Source of the DNA: Campylobacterota bacterium
Lineage (GTDB): Bacteria; Campylobacterota; Campylobacteria; Campylobacterales; Sulfurimonadaceae
Assembly: GCA_023379705.1 (NCBI GenBank)
Contig: JAMCPS010000032.1
Span: forward strand, 10,090-74,089
DNA: 64,000 bases
Reading direction: 5' to 3'
Shown here: positions 1 to 11,673 of the stretch, piece after piece
Numbering within the stretch: position 1 is the first letter of the stretch
Layout: every line of letters begins with the position of its first letter
Notes under the pieces: generated by a model
Seen by the model: the letters and a program-made list of their open reading frames with translations, nothing else
Told to the model about the DNA's origin: nothing
The model's database searches: none
Translations under genes and position numbers: made by a program

Positions 1-621
1 CCCTTTTGGAGTGAGTGCTGAAAAAGAATCTGATTGTAGTTGATTAACTCCGATGTAATAGGAAAGTGCTCCGATTTTTTGAGACACATCGGCGGCTATT
101 TTGGTAGTAGCATAACTTCCGTATTCGAGATTTCCGCCAAGTGAAAGTTTTTCGGTGGCTTTTTTGGTGATGATGTTGATAACACCGGCAACGGCATTGG
201 CACCCCAAACACCGCTTTGCGCACCATTGATAATTTCAATACGTTCGATATTATTGACCATTAGATGTTCTAACTGCGCTTGTCCTTGGGTAGCTGTTGG
301 GTCGTTATAGCGGATACCGTCAATCATGACAACGGTATTGGAAGCGCTAAACCCTCGCTGAAAAAAAGAGCTTTGCTGTCCTAGTCCGCCACTTTGAGCC
401 ATGGGAATATTTGCGAGTGTACGCAGTGCGTCAATGACGGATGTAATATGTTTTTCTTCTAATTCTTCAGCGGTGATGACTTGCACATTGGCAGTGGTGT
501 TTTTGAGTGTTTGTTCGGTTTTAATAGCGCTGACAACAATAGGCTCCAGCGAGAGTGTATCAGCCCCTAATGAGGCAACGAGTGTTGTGGATGCAACGAA
601 TGAGAGGGTGTGTTTAAACAT
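1..621 (-). CDS. TonB-dependent outer-membrane receptor, BtuB-like (N-terminal part; runs off the window)
   Basis: Not in the ORF track. Read manually from ATG at 621 (SD AAGGA at 627-631): MFKHTLSFVASTTLVASLGADTLSLEPIVVSAIKTEQ...GGLGQQSSFFQRG...VMIDGIRYND...IERIEIINGAQSGVWGANAVAGVINIITKK. This shows a signal peptide, TonB box and plug-domain signature. Confidence 0.9.
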   Translation of the reverse strand, partial: MFKHTLSFVASTTLVASLGADTLSLEPIVVSAIKTEQTLKNTTANVQVITAEELEEKHITSVIDALRTLANIPMAQSGGLGQQSSFFQRGFSASNTVVMIDGIRYNDPTATQGQAQLEHLMVNNIERIEIINGAQSGVWGANAVAGVINIITKKATEKLSLGGNLEYGSYATTKIAADVSQKIGALSYYIGVNQLQSDSFSALTPKG

Positions 622-824
622 GAGTGTCCTTGAATAATAGTCATAATGGATGAGGTTAGGACACTCTTGGGAGGGGAAATGGTTGAGTAGGTGTGGATGG
701 GATGGGTCGGACAAATCCACTCGATACGAGTGAAGTTTTGCAACATGCGAACTGCCGAAGCGTACGCCTGAATAGCGGCAAGAGAAAAGTATGTTTTACC
801 AAACCCTTTGGGTGCCTGCATCAT
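567..824 (-). CDS. Putative leader peptide / upstream ORF of the TonB-dependent receptor (85 aa; overlaps the receptor start out of frame)
   Basis: ATG at 824 is preceded by AAAGGCGG and by an extended -10 at 847-855. The Ser-Pro-Pro codons (677-669) abut an SD-sequestering hairpin. Confidence 0.55.
   Translation of the reverse strand: MMQAPKGFGKTYFSLAAIQAYASAVRMLQNFTRIEWICPTHPIHTYSTISPPKSVLTSSIMTIIQGHSCLNTPSHSLHPQHSLPH
622..666 (-). promoter_or_regulatory. RBS-sequestering hairpin in the receptor mRNA leader
   Basis: Perfect 9-bp inverted repeat, gagtgtcct (622-630) and aggacactc (658-666). The 3' arm in the mRNA contains most of the SD and ends directly before the AUG. Confidence 0.7.
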
Positions 825-846
825 CCGCCTTTTAAAAATTTAGCGG

Positions 847-855
847 ATTATAGCA
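847..855 (-). promoter_or_regulatory. Extended -10 sigma70 promoter (TGCTATAAT) for the uORF and TonB receptor
   Basis: Exact TGnTATAAT, the typical Campylobacterota RpoD promoter, about 23 nt upstream of the uORF ATG. Confidence 0.7.
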
Positions 856-862
856 AGATTTT

Positions 863-2434
863 TTAGGATTTAAAATGCCCTAGCTGTGTATTAAGGTTCG
901 TTGCGGCTTGGTACAGCTCATTAGCAATACCGGCAACTTGCTTAATCTCATTTTGATTATGCTCTGATAGAGTCGACATTTCAGAGACTTTGGCAATGAT
1001 TTCATTGATTTTGATTGCCATGGTCTCAGAAGTTTCAACGCTTTTTTGACTTGTCACCACATTCGTATTGAGTGCATTGGTGGTGGAATCTATTTTGGTA
1101 TCAATTTCTTGAGAGCGTTCACCCAATCTTTCGATATTTTCACTGTTGGCATTCATCATGTCAGATGAATCTGAGATCGATTGAATGACGACAGAGATGA
1201 TAGAATTGATCTCGGTCAAACTTTTTTGAGTCCGTTCTGCCAGTTTACGTACTTCATCCGCAACAACGGCGAATCCGCGTCCGTGTTCACCTGCACGAGC
1301 AGCTTCGATTGCAGCATTGAGAGCGAGAAGATTGGTTTGATCCGCAATATCGGAGATGATGCTCAAAACACCGCTAACGCTGGATGCCTCGCTGGAAAGT
1401 TGTGAAAAACGTTCCCCTAAGTCATTGCTCATTTGAGTGGCATTATGAATTTCATTGGTGATAATATGTGCAATATCACGAACACTTTCAAGCTCTTTAG
1501 CACTATTTTGTGTATTCTCTAACGTGTTACGAGCCATATTCACGCTTTCCGTGAGAGAGCGACCAATTTCAGATGCGGTTTGATTGGCATTGTGCGCAAG
1601 GGCATTTGCTTTTTCAGAATGCTGGGATAAATTTGAGGCAGCTGTGTTTAGTGAATTTGTTGATTTTACCGCTGCGTGGGTGATCTCTTTGGTGTCATTG
1701 ATGGTGGATTGAATTTTTTCGATGAAGGTATTGACATAACCACTGGCGATACCGATTTCATCTTTGGTATTCAAGATCGGGAGACGTTTTGTCAAATCTC
1801 CATTTCCATGTGCGAGATCAGCAGAAACATGGTCAAGCTCTTCCATCGGGTCCAGGATACTTTTACCGGAAATGTAATTGATCAATATGAGCATGGCTGT
1901 CAATAGACTGCCTAAGATAAGGAACCATTTAAAGAAACTGGCATTGAGCGCGTCAAAGTAATCAGCTTTATTGATTCCCGGAACAACCCACATATCCCAT
2001 GCTGGAATGTATCGATATGCAACAATCTTATCCTGCGCAGTTGTTGCGGAAATGTACTCATAAATACCCCCGGCTTTATCGGCACGGATATGATCAATGT
2101 AGTCGTGCCCTGATTTGCTTTGACCTTCATCTTTTGGATGGATAGTCATGACTCCATCTGAGTTAATAAAGTAGACATAACCGCTCTTGCCAATTTTGAT
2201 GCTTTTGATCCCCTCCTTGAAATCTTCTTCTTTATAGGCATTTGGCTCGATTTTAGCAATGTAATTAACATTCTTTTCCAAAGTGTCAGCAACGGTGATC
2301 AGGTCATTGATCATGATGTCTTTTATAGAACTCACCGCAATGAAGTATGCTACAATGACACTTATTAAAACAGCCCCAACGGCGGCTACAAGATTGAAAA
2401 TAAATTTAGATTTGATGGTATTAAATACAGCCAT
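863..2434 (-). CDS. Methyl-accepting chemotaxis protein (TM-Cache-TM-HAMP-MA)
   Basis: Cache motif [11 protein letters not shown]...HP and MA hairpin [38 protein letters not shown]. Confidence 0.95.
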   Translation of the reverse strand: MAVFNTIKSKFIFNLVAAVGAVLISVIVAYFIAVSSIKDIMINDLITVADTLEKNVNYIAKIEPNAYKEEDFKEGIKSIKIGKSGYVYFINSDGVMTIHPKDEGQSKSGHDYIDHIRADKAGGIYEYISATTAQDKIVAYRYIPAWDMWVVPGINKADYFDALNASFFKWFLILGSLLTAMLILINYISGKSILDPMEELDHVSADLAHGNGDLTKRLPILNTKDEIGIASGYVNTFIEKIQSTINDTKEITHAAVKSTNSLNTAASNLSQHSEKANALAHNANQTASEIGRSLTESVNMARNTLENTQNSAKELESVRDIAHIITNEIHNATQMSNDLGERFSQLSSEASSVSGVLSIISDIADQTNLLALNAAIEAARAGEHGRGFAVVADEVRKLAERTQKSLTEINSIISVVIQSISDSSDMMNANSENIERLGERSQEIDTKIDSTTNALNTNVVTSQKSVETSETMAIKINEIIAKVSEMSTLSEHNQNEIKQVAGIANELYQAATNLNTQLGHFKS

Positions 2435-2546
2435 GAGGAATAAGTCCGCCTTTTTTGGTCATTTATCAGGTTAACTGATCGTATAAGCACATGATTGTAG
2501 TACCTCTTTGATAAAGCGCTTCTGAAATAAGGATAAATTTAACTTC

Positions 2547-3884
2547 ATGAGATTCTCACATTTAGAACAAATCGTTCATTATTTGCAGCGCTTTAAGCAG
2601 ATTAATAATGCATACCGGCTTAGTGATACGCAAATTCGTTTGGTATTTGACAATAATGAGGTGATTACCTTTGAGATGAGAAGGGATAATCCGAGTATTT
2701 TTCTTTCTCCTACGGCCGAGCGGGGGAAAATGTATCAAGCCCCGTTCGATGTGCTTCTTTCAAAGCGTCTTGCTCGCTCAACAATTCAATCAATTACGCT
2801 TCATAATAATGACAAACTTATTCGTATTGTTGTGAGCCAAAGCGGTTCTTACAAGAGCGAAACAACAATGCTTCAGTTCGAGTTTACCGGCAAACATACG
2901 AACGTAATTCTTTTGGATAGAGACGAAAAAGTGCTAGAAGCGCTTCGTCATGTTGATTTAGAGGTATCGGTGCGTACGGTGCGTGTTGGGCAGATGCTTA
3001 TTAATCCGCCACGGCCGTCGTTTACGCCAAAACCCTATCCGCTGGAAGATGTTGAAAGCTTTTTAAAGGATGCTTATACTCAGTATGCCAATGACGTTTT
3101 GGAGCGATTGAAGCGCGAAAAATCGGCATTGATCGCTAAGCGTTTAAATCAATTTAAAGCACACCTTACAGAGCTGGAAAATGAAGAGCTTTTGGCTAAA
3201 GAGGCTTTGGAATGTCAGCACATCGGGCATCTAATATTGGCAAATTTGCAGTCGATTAAAGGGTATGAAACCAAGATAAAGCTTGACAATTTTGACGGAA
3301 CGCCCATTGAATTTGATGTTCCTTTAGGATGTCGAGATGCGGCGATGATGGCGCAGTCGTTTTTTAAACGCTCAAAAAAAGCGAAACAAAAAAAATTGGG
3401 TCTGCACATAGAGCGGGACAACCTGGAAGAAAAAATTCGTCACCTTGAACTGTTTATACAGACGATTCATGAAGCAAAAACACCCGAAGAAATTGCCTTG
3501 TTATTCCCTCCAAAATCTGTTGGCACTAAAGCAAAGCCAACCGCAAAACCTTCCGATAGTATTGCTGAATTTTGGATTGAAGGGCATAAGGTTTCGTTGG
3601 GAAAAAGTGAAAAAGGGAACATTCAGCTTCTGCAAAAGTCGCGGGCCCGTGATATATGGCTGCACCTAAAAGACCGTCCATCCGCTCATGTAATCATTAC
3701 GACGGATAAGCAGCAGTTAAACGATAAGATACTGCAAGCAGCAGCAAAGCTGTGCGTTGACTTCTCTGTATTTGAAAAGGGGCGCTATTTGGTCGATTAT
3801 ACTCCAAGACGTGAAGTAAAAGTTCAAAGCAAAGCCAATGTTCTGTACACAGATGCCAAAACGATTGTGGTAGAAAAGGGCTAA
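2547..3884 (+). CDS. NFACT/Rqc2 (RqcH, FbpA-like) ribosome quality control protein
   Basis: EFTGKHTNVILLD N-terminal motif and C-terminal NFACT-R domain (GKSEKGN...DIWLHLKDRPSAHVII). Confidence 0.85.
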   Translation: MRFSHLEQIVHYLQRFKQINNAYRLSDTQIRLVFDNNEVITFEMRRDNPSIFLSPTAERGKMYQAPFDVLLSKRLARSTIQSITLHNNDKLIRIVVSQSGSYKSETTMLQFEFTGKHTNVILLDRDEKVLEALRHVDLEVSVRTVRVGQMLINPPRPSFTPKPYPLEDVESFLKDAYTQYANDVLERLKREKSALIAKRLNQFKAHLTELENEELLAKEALECQHIGHLILANLQSIKGYETKIKLDNFDGTPIEFDVPLGCRDAAMMAQSFFKRSKKAKQKKLGLHIERDNLEEKIRHLELFIQTIHEAKTPEEIALLFPPKSVGTKAKPTAKPSDSIAEFWIEGHKVSLGKSEKGNIQLLQKSRARDIWLHLKDRPSAHVIITTDKQQLNDKILQAAAKLCVDFSVFEKGRYLVDYTPRREVKVQSKANVLYTDAKTIVVEKG

Positions 3885-3907
3885 AGCTTTAGAGTGAGGT
3901 GAATGCA

Positions 3908-4213
3908 ATGGCAATAGGGCCTATTGGAAATACAATCTATGTAAATCAGCAAATGGCCAGTGTGGCGAGCGATAAGAATGTTCAATTAAACCGTTTTGAA
4001 CTTCAAGCATTGGCAGCACAAGTGATTATGCAAGATCAAGAAAAAGAGGTTCTGGAAGTTCGCCCTACTGAAGAAAATCACGCGATTGATCCAGATCGAG
4101 AGCACACCAAAGAGCAAGCTGAACAAGAAGAGCGACGTTCAGAAGATAACGAAAATTCATCTTCCCAAAAAGAAGAATCAAAACCGCTCCATATCTTAGA
4201 TATTAAAGTGTGA
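3908..4213 (+). CDS. Conserved hypothetical acidic coiled-coil protein
   Basis: ORF with SD GAGGT upstream of ATG 3908. C-terminal HILDIKV; typical position between the NFACT gene and cdsA in Campylobacterota. Confidence 0.75.
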   Translation: MAIGPIGNTIYVNQQMASVASDKNVQLNRFELQALAAQVIMQDQEKEVLEVRPTEENHAIDPDREHTKEQAEQEERRSEDNENSSSQKEESKPLHILDIKV

Positions 4214-4265
4214 TTACGCTATACTCGCGAATATATAGTTACGCCCATAATATAGGATACGCACG

Positions 4266-5027
4266 ATGCAAGCGACGAACAGTGGATTACAAAGTCGGAT
4301 AATAACTGCCGTTTTTTTAGGGCTCGGAGTAGTCATAATTGGATTGATTAATAATTTTTGGTTGATTTGGCTGACATTGGGCGTTGTGTATCTTTTGGCG
4401 TTTCATGAAGCCAATCGTCTTTTTGGGATTAATAACAATTCTCTGTATGCGTATGCGGCAATGCTTTGGATCGCGGCAGCTTTGTACCCTTACGGTGAGG
4501 ATCTTATTTTAATTGCCGGAATTATTTTTGCCGGTGCTGTCGCCTATACGCAAAACATTCCGCACAAAAACTTTCTCCCTTTTCTTTATCCGACCGCAGG
4601 AATGCTATTCACCCTTAGTTTGTATGAAGAGTACGGAATAGGGGCCCTCTTTTGGCTCCTTGTAGTGGTGGCTTCAGCGGATATTGGAGCTTATTTTGTC
4701 GGTAAAAGCATCGGTAAAACTCCTTTTAGCGCTTCCTCTCCCAGCAAGACGCGTGAGGGGGTTTATGGCGGAATTATAACGGCAACGATTGCCGGATTTT
4801 TTGTCGGTATTACTATCGTTGAAGACATTCCTCAGGCCATTATCATTTCGTTGATGGCGGCTATCGGATCGGTCTTTGGAGATTTATTCGAGAGTTACCT
4901 CAAACGGACTGCTGGCGTCAAAGATAGCGGTTCTATTTTGCCGGGCCATGGCGGAGTGCTTGACCGTATTGACGGCTATTTATTTTCATCGATTATTATG
5001 TTGGTGCTTTTGCGGGGTCTGGCTTGA
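4266..5027 (+). CDS. cdsA: Phosphatidate cytidylyltransferase
   Basis: SPSKT.EG and GDLFESYLKR.AGVKDSG.ILPGHGGVLDRID signature. Confidence 0.96.
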   Translation: MQATNSGLQSRIITAVFLGLGVVIIGLINNFWLIWLTLGVVYLLAFHEANRLFGINNNSLYAYAAMLWIAAALYPYGEDLILIAGIIFAGAVAYTQNIPHKNFLPFLYPTAGMLFTLSLYEEYGIGALFWLLVVVASADIGAYFVGKSIGKTPFSASSPSKTREGVYGGIITATIAGFFVGITIVEDIPQAIIISLMAAIGSVFGDLFESYLKRTAGVKDSGSILPGHGGVLDRIDGYLFSSIIMLVLLRGLA

Positions 5028-6097
5028 TCCTTTTAGGATCGACGGGCTCAATCGGTGTCAATGCTCTTGTAATTGCAGAGCAATTTGCCCTCAACATAGA
5101 CACATTGGTTGCAGGCCGTAATCTCTCTTTGCTCAATGAACAAATTAAAAAACATTCTCCAAAATGCGTTGTTGTATTAAACCATGAGGACATTTCTGCC
5201 ATTAATCACCCTTATGTTCTTTGGGGAGAAGAGGGGATATTGCATGCCATTGAGTCATCCCAATCAAATCTTGTTATTAATGCGCTTGTGGGTTTTGCAG
5301 GGTTACGACCTACCCTTAAAGCGATTGAATGTGGCAAGCGCGTAGCGTTGGCGAATAAAGAGTCACTTGTTGCCGCGGGTGCATTTATGGACATTTCTAA
5401 AATACAGCCCATTGACAGTGAGCATTTTGGTTTGTGGTATCTTAACAACGCTTCTCGTCCCATACAGCGTATGCTCATTACCGCAAGTGGTGGAGCATTT
5501 AGAGACTGGCCTATCGAAAAGATTCAAGAAGCAACACTCAAAGACGCATTAAAACATCCAAATTGGTCGATGGGCCAGAAAATCACTATTGACAGCGCTT
5601 CAATGATGAATAAAATGTTTGAACTTCTTGAAGCACGATGGCTTTTCGGCGAAGGTGAGTACGACGCGGTTATTGAAACAAAATCCATTATTCATGCATT
5701 GATCGATTACCGTGACGGTTCAACCACCGCTCATTTGGCACGTGCCAATATGCAGTTGCCCATCGCCTATGCCTTGATGGGGAAAATGGATCAAAAAATT
5801 CTGCCTTCGGTTAATTTATTGGAGGTGGGTTCATTGGAATTTCGTGAAATCACCGTAGAACGGTACCCAATTTGGGAGATACGACAGGCATTATTACGTA
5901 ATCCAAAGCGTGGAGTTGTGATCAATGCTGCTAATGAAGCAGCTATTGAACTTTTTGTAGCGGGTAAAATCGGTTTTTCGGAAATTTCAAATCAGGTTAT
6001 TCATGCGTTTGATCGTTTCGATGAAGAACCAAAAACTATAGAGGACGTTTTTCACATCGATAGTGAAGTTCGTCGCTATGTCGGGAGGCGCGCGTGA
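5024..6097 (+). CDS. dxr: 1-deoxy-D-xylulose 5-phosphate reductoisomerase
   Basis: LGSTGSIG, LANKESL, PIDSEH, TASGGAF and HPNWSMGQKITIDSA motifs. Confidence 0.97.
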   Translation: MILLGSTGSIGVNALVIAEQFALNIDTLVAGRNLSLLNEQIKKHSPKCVVVLNHEDISAINHPYVLWGEEGILHAIESSQSNLVINALVGFAGLRPTLKAIECGKRVALANKESLVAAGAFMDISKIQPIDSEHFGLWYLNNASRPIQRMLITASGGAFRDWPIEKIQEATLKDALKHPNWSMGQKITIDSASMMNKMFELLEARWLFGEGEYDAVIETKSIIHALIDYRDGSTTAHLARANMQLPIAYALMGKMDQKILPSVNLLEVGSLEFREITVERYPIWEIRQALLRNPKRGVVINAANEAAIELFVAGKIGFSEISNQVIHAFDRFDEEPKTIEDVFHIDSEVRRYVGRRA

Positions 6098-6627
6098 GAG
6101 AGAAAACTTTACTGTTGCATGGATGGGGTGGAAGTGATGAGCCTCATTGGCAAGCATGGCTTGCAGGTGAAATTGCCAAAGACTATGGGATGGTTGCCTT
6201 CCCTCTTTTGGAGAATCCTCATTTTCCTACCAAGAACCGATGGATGGATCAGGTAAAAACACTTCTTTCAGAATTTAAACCCGATGTTGTTATTTGTCAT
6301 TCGCTGGGATGCATCCTATGGTTCCATTTGTGTTTAGAAGAAGAAATAGATCCTGTTAAACGCCTTTTACTTGTCGCTCCTCCTCGCCTGGATTTGGAAC
6401 TCGATACGATCAAAAGTTTCTTTCCGATTGTTGCCCCTGAATTTTTATTTGCGGATGAATCCCTGTTGGTAACCTCCGATAATGATCCGTATATGAATAC
6501 AGATGAGGCTTTAGCGCTTCAAGAGGCATTAGACGTGGAAATGAAAGTACTCGAAAATGGAGGACATATCAATGCTGATAGCGGTTTTGGTGAATGGCCA
6601 TGGGTAAAAGAATGGGTAATGGGATGA
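6094..6627 (+). CDS. Alpha/beta hydrolase, RBBP9/YdeN family
   Basis: LHGWGGS..HWQ, nucleophile elbow CHSLG, SDNDPY and GGHIN...GFGEW. Confidence 0.9.
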   Translation: MREKTLLLHGWGGSDEPHWQAWLAGEIAKDYGMVAFPLLENPHFPTKNRWMDQVKTLLSEFKPDVVICHSLGCILWFHLCLEEEIDPVKRLLLVAPPRLDLELDTIKSFFPIVAPEFLFADESLLVTSDNDPYMNTDEALALQEALDVEMKVLENGGHINADSGFGEWPWVKEWVMG

Positions 6628-7601
6628 TTTTAAGTATTGAGAGCAGTTGTGATGACAGTTCAATTTCCATTACGGAGATAGCAACCAAAAAGCTCGTCTA
6701 TCATAAAAAGATTTCACAAGAACTTGAACATTCAAAATATGGCGGAGTCGTTCCGGAGCTTGCTAGCCGTTTACATGCTATCGCTCTTCCGGCGATTTTA
6801 GAAGAGTGTAGGCCATGGCTTGAAGAGTTAAAAGCAATTGCAGTGACCAATGAGCCTGGATTGGCGGTAACGCTTATTGAAGGTGTTGTAATGGCAAAAG
6901 CATTAAGCGTAGCGCTTAATATCCCTGTATTACCTATTAATCATCTTAAAGGACATATCTATTCTCTTTTTATTGAAAAAGAAGCGCAGTTTCCCCTTAC
7001 GGTTCTTTTGGTATCAGGTGGGCATACACAAATCATTGAAGTAACATCACATAACGAAATGAGTACGATTGCGACAACGATGGATGACAGCTATGGTGAG
7101 AGCTTTGATAAGGTTGCCAAAATGATGGGACTTGGATATCCTGGAGGACCACTAATAGAGAATCTTGCCCGCAGTGGAGATGCCAGCCGTTTTCTATTTA
7201 CGGTGCCGTTGTGGCAGTCACCTCTCATTGCTTTTAGCTATTCAGGGTTGAAAAATCAAGTCCGTTTGGCTGTAGAAGCCAATGACACAGCTGATTACCC
7301 TGATATCGCGTGTGCGTTTCAAAAAACGGCTACCGATCATTTGATACAAAAACTCAAAAAATATTTTAAGTCACGCAAGCCGCATCACTTTGCAATCGTT
7401 GGCGGTGCCAGTGCCAATTTGTATTTGCGTACAGAAATTGAGAAACTTTTATTAGGGCACAATGCACCCTTGCTGCTTGCGCCACTGGAGTTTTGCTCCG
7501 ATAATGCGGCGATGATTGGCAGATGTGCGGTAGAAGAGTTTATGCGTGGCAATTTTCTAAATTTTGATGAGATAATGGTTAATCCTCGCTGCAAACTGTA
7601 A
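6624..7601 (+). CDS. tsaD: tRNA N6-threonylcarbamoyladenosine synthase TsaD
   Basis: [34 protein letters not shown] and DNAAMIG motifs. Start trimmed to MILSIESS. Confidence 0.97.
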   Translation: MILSIESSCDDSSISITEIATKKLVYHKKISQELEHSKYGGVVPELASRLHAIALPAILEECRPWLEELKAIAVTNEPGLAVTLIEGVVMAKALSVALNIPVLPINHLKGHIYSLFIEKEAQFPLTVLLVSGGHTQIIEVTSHNEMSTIATTMDDSYGESFDKVAKMMGLGYPGGPLIENLARSGDASRFLFTVPLWQSPLIAFSYSGLKNQVRLAVEANDTADYPDIACAFQKTATDHLIQKLKKYFKSRKPHHFAIVGGASANLYLRTEIEKLLLGHNAPLLLAPLEFCSDNAAMIGRCAVEEFMRGNFLNFDEIMVNPRCKL

Positions 7602-7695
7602 GTATTCTTAAATAGATAAATCTCTTTCATATTTCAGAGATTAATAATTCGATTCATGTACAATTTCGACATAAAATTTAACACAGGAACCCAAT

Positions 7696-8199
7696 ATGGC
7701 AACGACAAAATTCAAAGGTACAGACGTAGAACTTTTAGGAAATACAGTAAATGTTGGGGATAAAGCTCCGTCAATTACTGTCGTAAATTCTGCTGGCCTT
7801 GGTGATGTTACTGTAGGTGGCGCAACAGGTAAAAAACAACTTATTATTGTTGTTCCTTCATTGGATACAGGTGTTTGTGCTACTGAAACACGTACTTTCA
7901 ACGCTAAAGCTGCCGGACTTAAGGATGTTACAGTAACGATCGTATCTCTTGACCTTCCATTTGCTTCTGGTCGTTTTTGCCAGGCTGAAGGGATTGATAA
8001 TTTGACAGTATGTTCTGACTTCCGTAACAAAGAGTTTGCAAATGCTTATGGCGTATTGCTTGGCGGTTCAGTACTTGCGGGTGTTACATGTCGCGCAATC
8101 TTTGCTGTAAATGCTGAAGGTATCGTAACGTACAAAGAAATCGTTCCTGAAATTACAGAAGAGCCTAATTACGATGCTGCATTGGCTTCAGTAGCATAA
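7696..8199 (+). CDS. tpx: Thiol peroxidase (atypical 2-Cys peroxiredoxin)
   Basis: VPSLDTGVC...SLDLPFA..RFC motifs. Confidence 0.95.
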   Translation: MATTKFKGTDVELLGNTVNVGDKAPSITVVNSAGLGDVTVGGATGKKQLIIVVPSLDTGVCATETRTFNAKAAGLKDVTVTIVSLDLPFASGRFCQAEGIDNLTVCSDFRNKEFANAYGVLLGGSVLAGVTCRAIFAVNAEGIVTYKEIVPEITEEPNYDAALASVA

Positions 8200-8213
8200 T
8201 CATTCTTATCCAA

Positions 8214-8238
8214 GATCAAAGAATTGATTTCTTTGATC
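8214..8238. terminator. Probable bidirectional intrinsic terminator between tpx and the AMIN gene
   Basis: Hairpin gatcaaagaa-ttgat-ttctttgatc between convergent genes. Confidence 0.6.
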
Positions 8239-8264
8239 AAGTCTCTCTTATTTAACTTCATCCA

Positions 8265-8882
8265 CTATTTACAAATAACACTTGCACCTTGATCTGTTTT
8301 TGCAACCGTACACGTATATCGTCCGTCAAGTGTAATATGAGCGCGAGCAAACTTTCCATGATAGGTTACTTTTACTTTGCTATAGGGAGAGGCAGATAAA
8401 TCTTTTTCATACGTATTAAAAGGAGATGAGTGTACAAAATCGATGATAATACTGCTAGGATCTCCAAGACTGAAAGAACGTAATATCGGGTCTTTGCTCA
8501 CTAGAGTAATTCGATTTCCGGAATGGATAAACTGGATAAGTCCACTGTCAGCATGTGAAGACTTGTTTATTTGGGTATTGGATGGTGCTTTTTGGTTTCC
8601 ATATTGTGAGAGGACCAACGGATGACGCCAATCAATACTTTGATCAATTTGAAGCTTGCGTGTTTCAAAGGTTCCATCTATATTTTGAAAAGTAAAAGTT
8701 GCTTCTTTGAGTACACGTGCTTGATCAGGGAAACTGTAGGTCATTGAAGTCAGCGGCGGCTTGTGCACAACTGTATTAGAGGAAACCGGCATTGCAGAGC
8801 TCTCTTCGGTTGAGAAAAAGGGGTTCTCTCTGGTAAAAGCTGCACAAGCCAGAATGAGTGAAATGTAAAGTGCTTTATTCAT
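8265..8882 (-). CDS. AMIN-domain secreted protein
   Basis: Signal peptide plus RENPF, NIDG....K...IDQSIDW and C-terminal F.L.DP..IIIDF...HGKFAR..ITLDG. Conserved downstream of eno-ftsB. Confidence 0.8.
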   Translation of the reverse strand: MNKALYISLILACAAFTRENPFFSTEESSAMPVSSNTVVHKPPLTSMTYSFPDQARVLKEATFTFQNIDGTFETRKLQIDQSIDWRHPLVLSQYGNQKAPSNTQINKSSHADSGLIQFIHSGNRITLVSKDPILRSFSLGDPSSIIIDFVHSSPFNTYEKDLSASPYSKVKVTYHGKFARAHITLDGRYTCTVAKTDQGASVICK

Positions 8883-9195
8883 GGGGTAGCTCCATTTTCA
8901 ATCGGGACTTGGTCAGAATCGAGTTCTTTAAGTTCAAAATATTGTTTTTGTAAAGCGGCATTTTGTGTTTTCAGATTTTCTATATCGTCTGCAAGAAAGG
9001 ACTGATACTCTTCGAGCTGAAACAATACAGATAAAGAATTATTCCCAAAAATTAAAACACCTAAATAAAATAAGAGTGCAAGAACTAACGCGCAAGCAGC
9101 TAAAAATTTTGAGGTAGAGAGGCCAAAACGGCGCTCACTGAAACTTTGATAGTGCTGCTCATCATACAGTATCTGCTCATGCTCTTCCGGAGTCA

Positions 9196-9196
<1 letters not shown>
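8879..9196 (-). CDS. Septum formation initiator (FtsB/DivIC-like)
   Basis: One TM helix, FG.NS, then a leucine-zipper LK.QNAALQK. Lies directly after eno. Confidence 0.75.
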
Positions 9197-11501
<2,305 letters not shown>

Positions 11502-11544
11502 GTCTATTCTCTCCTGAAAGGGTTTGTTTCTAAATTTTAGCAAT

Positions 11545-11592
11545 AATATGACATATTGAAATATATTTTATAAATATGACAAATTGCAATAT
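11545..11592. repeat. Two 20-bp direct repeats (18/20 identical) in the recA/mqnD divergent promoter
   Basis: AATATGACATATTGAAATAT at 11545-11564 and AATATGACAAATTGCAATAT at 11573-11592, just upstream of the recA extended -10 TGCTAAAAT (11534-11542, minus strand). Confidence 0.6.
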
Positions 11593-11673
11593 TAAGAATA
11601 TACATATAATAGAGATATTTTAGCGTTATTTGGTTAAAATCTTATTGATTTGACAAGTTAAGAGGAATTTTTA

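Noticed and set aside
401-637. 78-aa plus-strand ORF
   Set aside because: Antisense shadow of the TonB-dependent receptor gene.
622-840. Cobalamin riboswitch upstream of the BtuB-like receptor
   Set aside because: No recognisable GGGAA, GCCCCCGC-ACUGU or B12-box elements by eye. The leader looks like a uORF plus an SD-sequestering stem instead. An Rfam scan is needed to exclude it formally.
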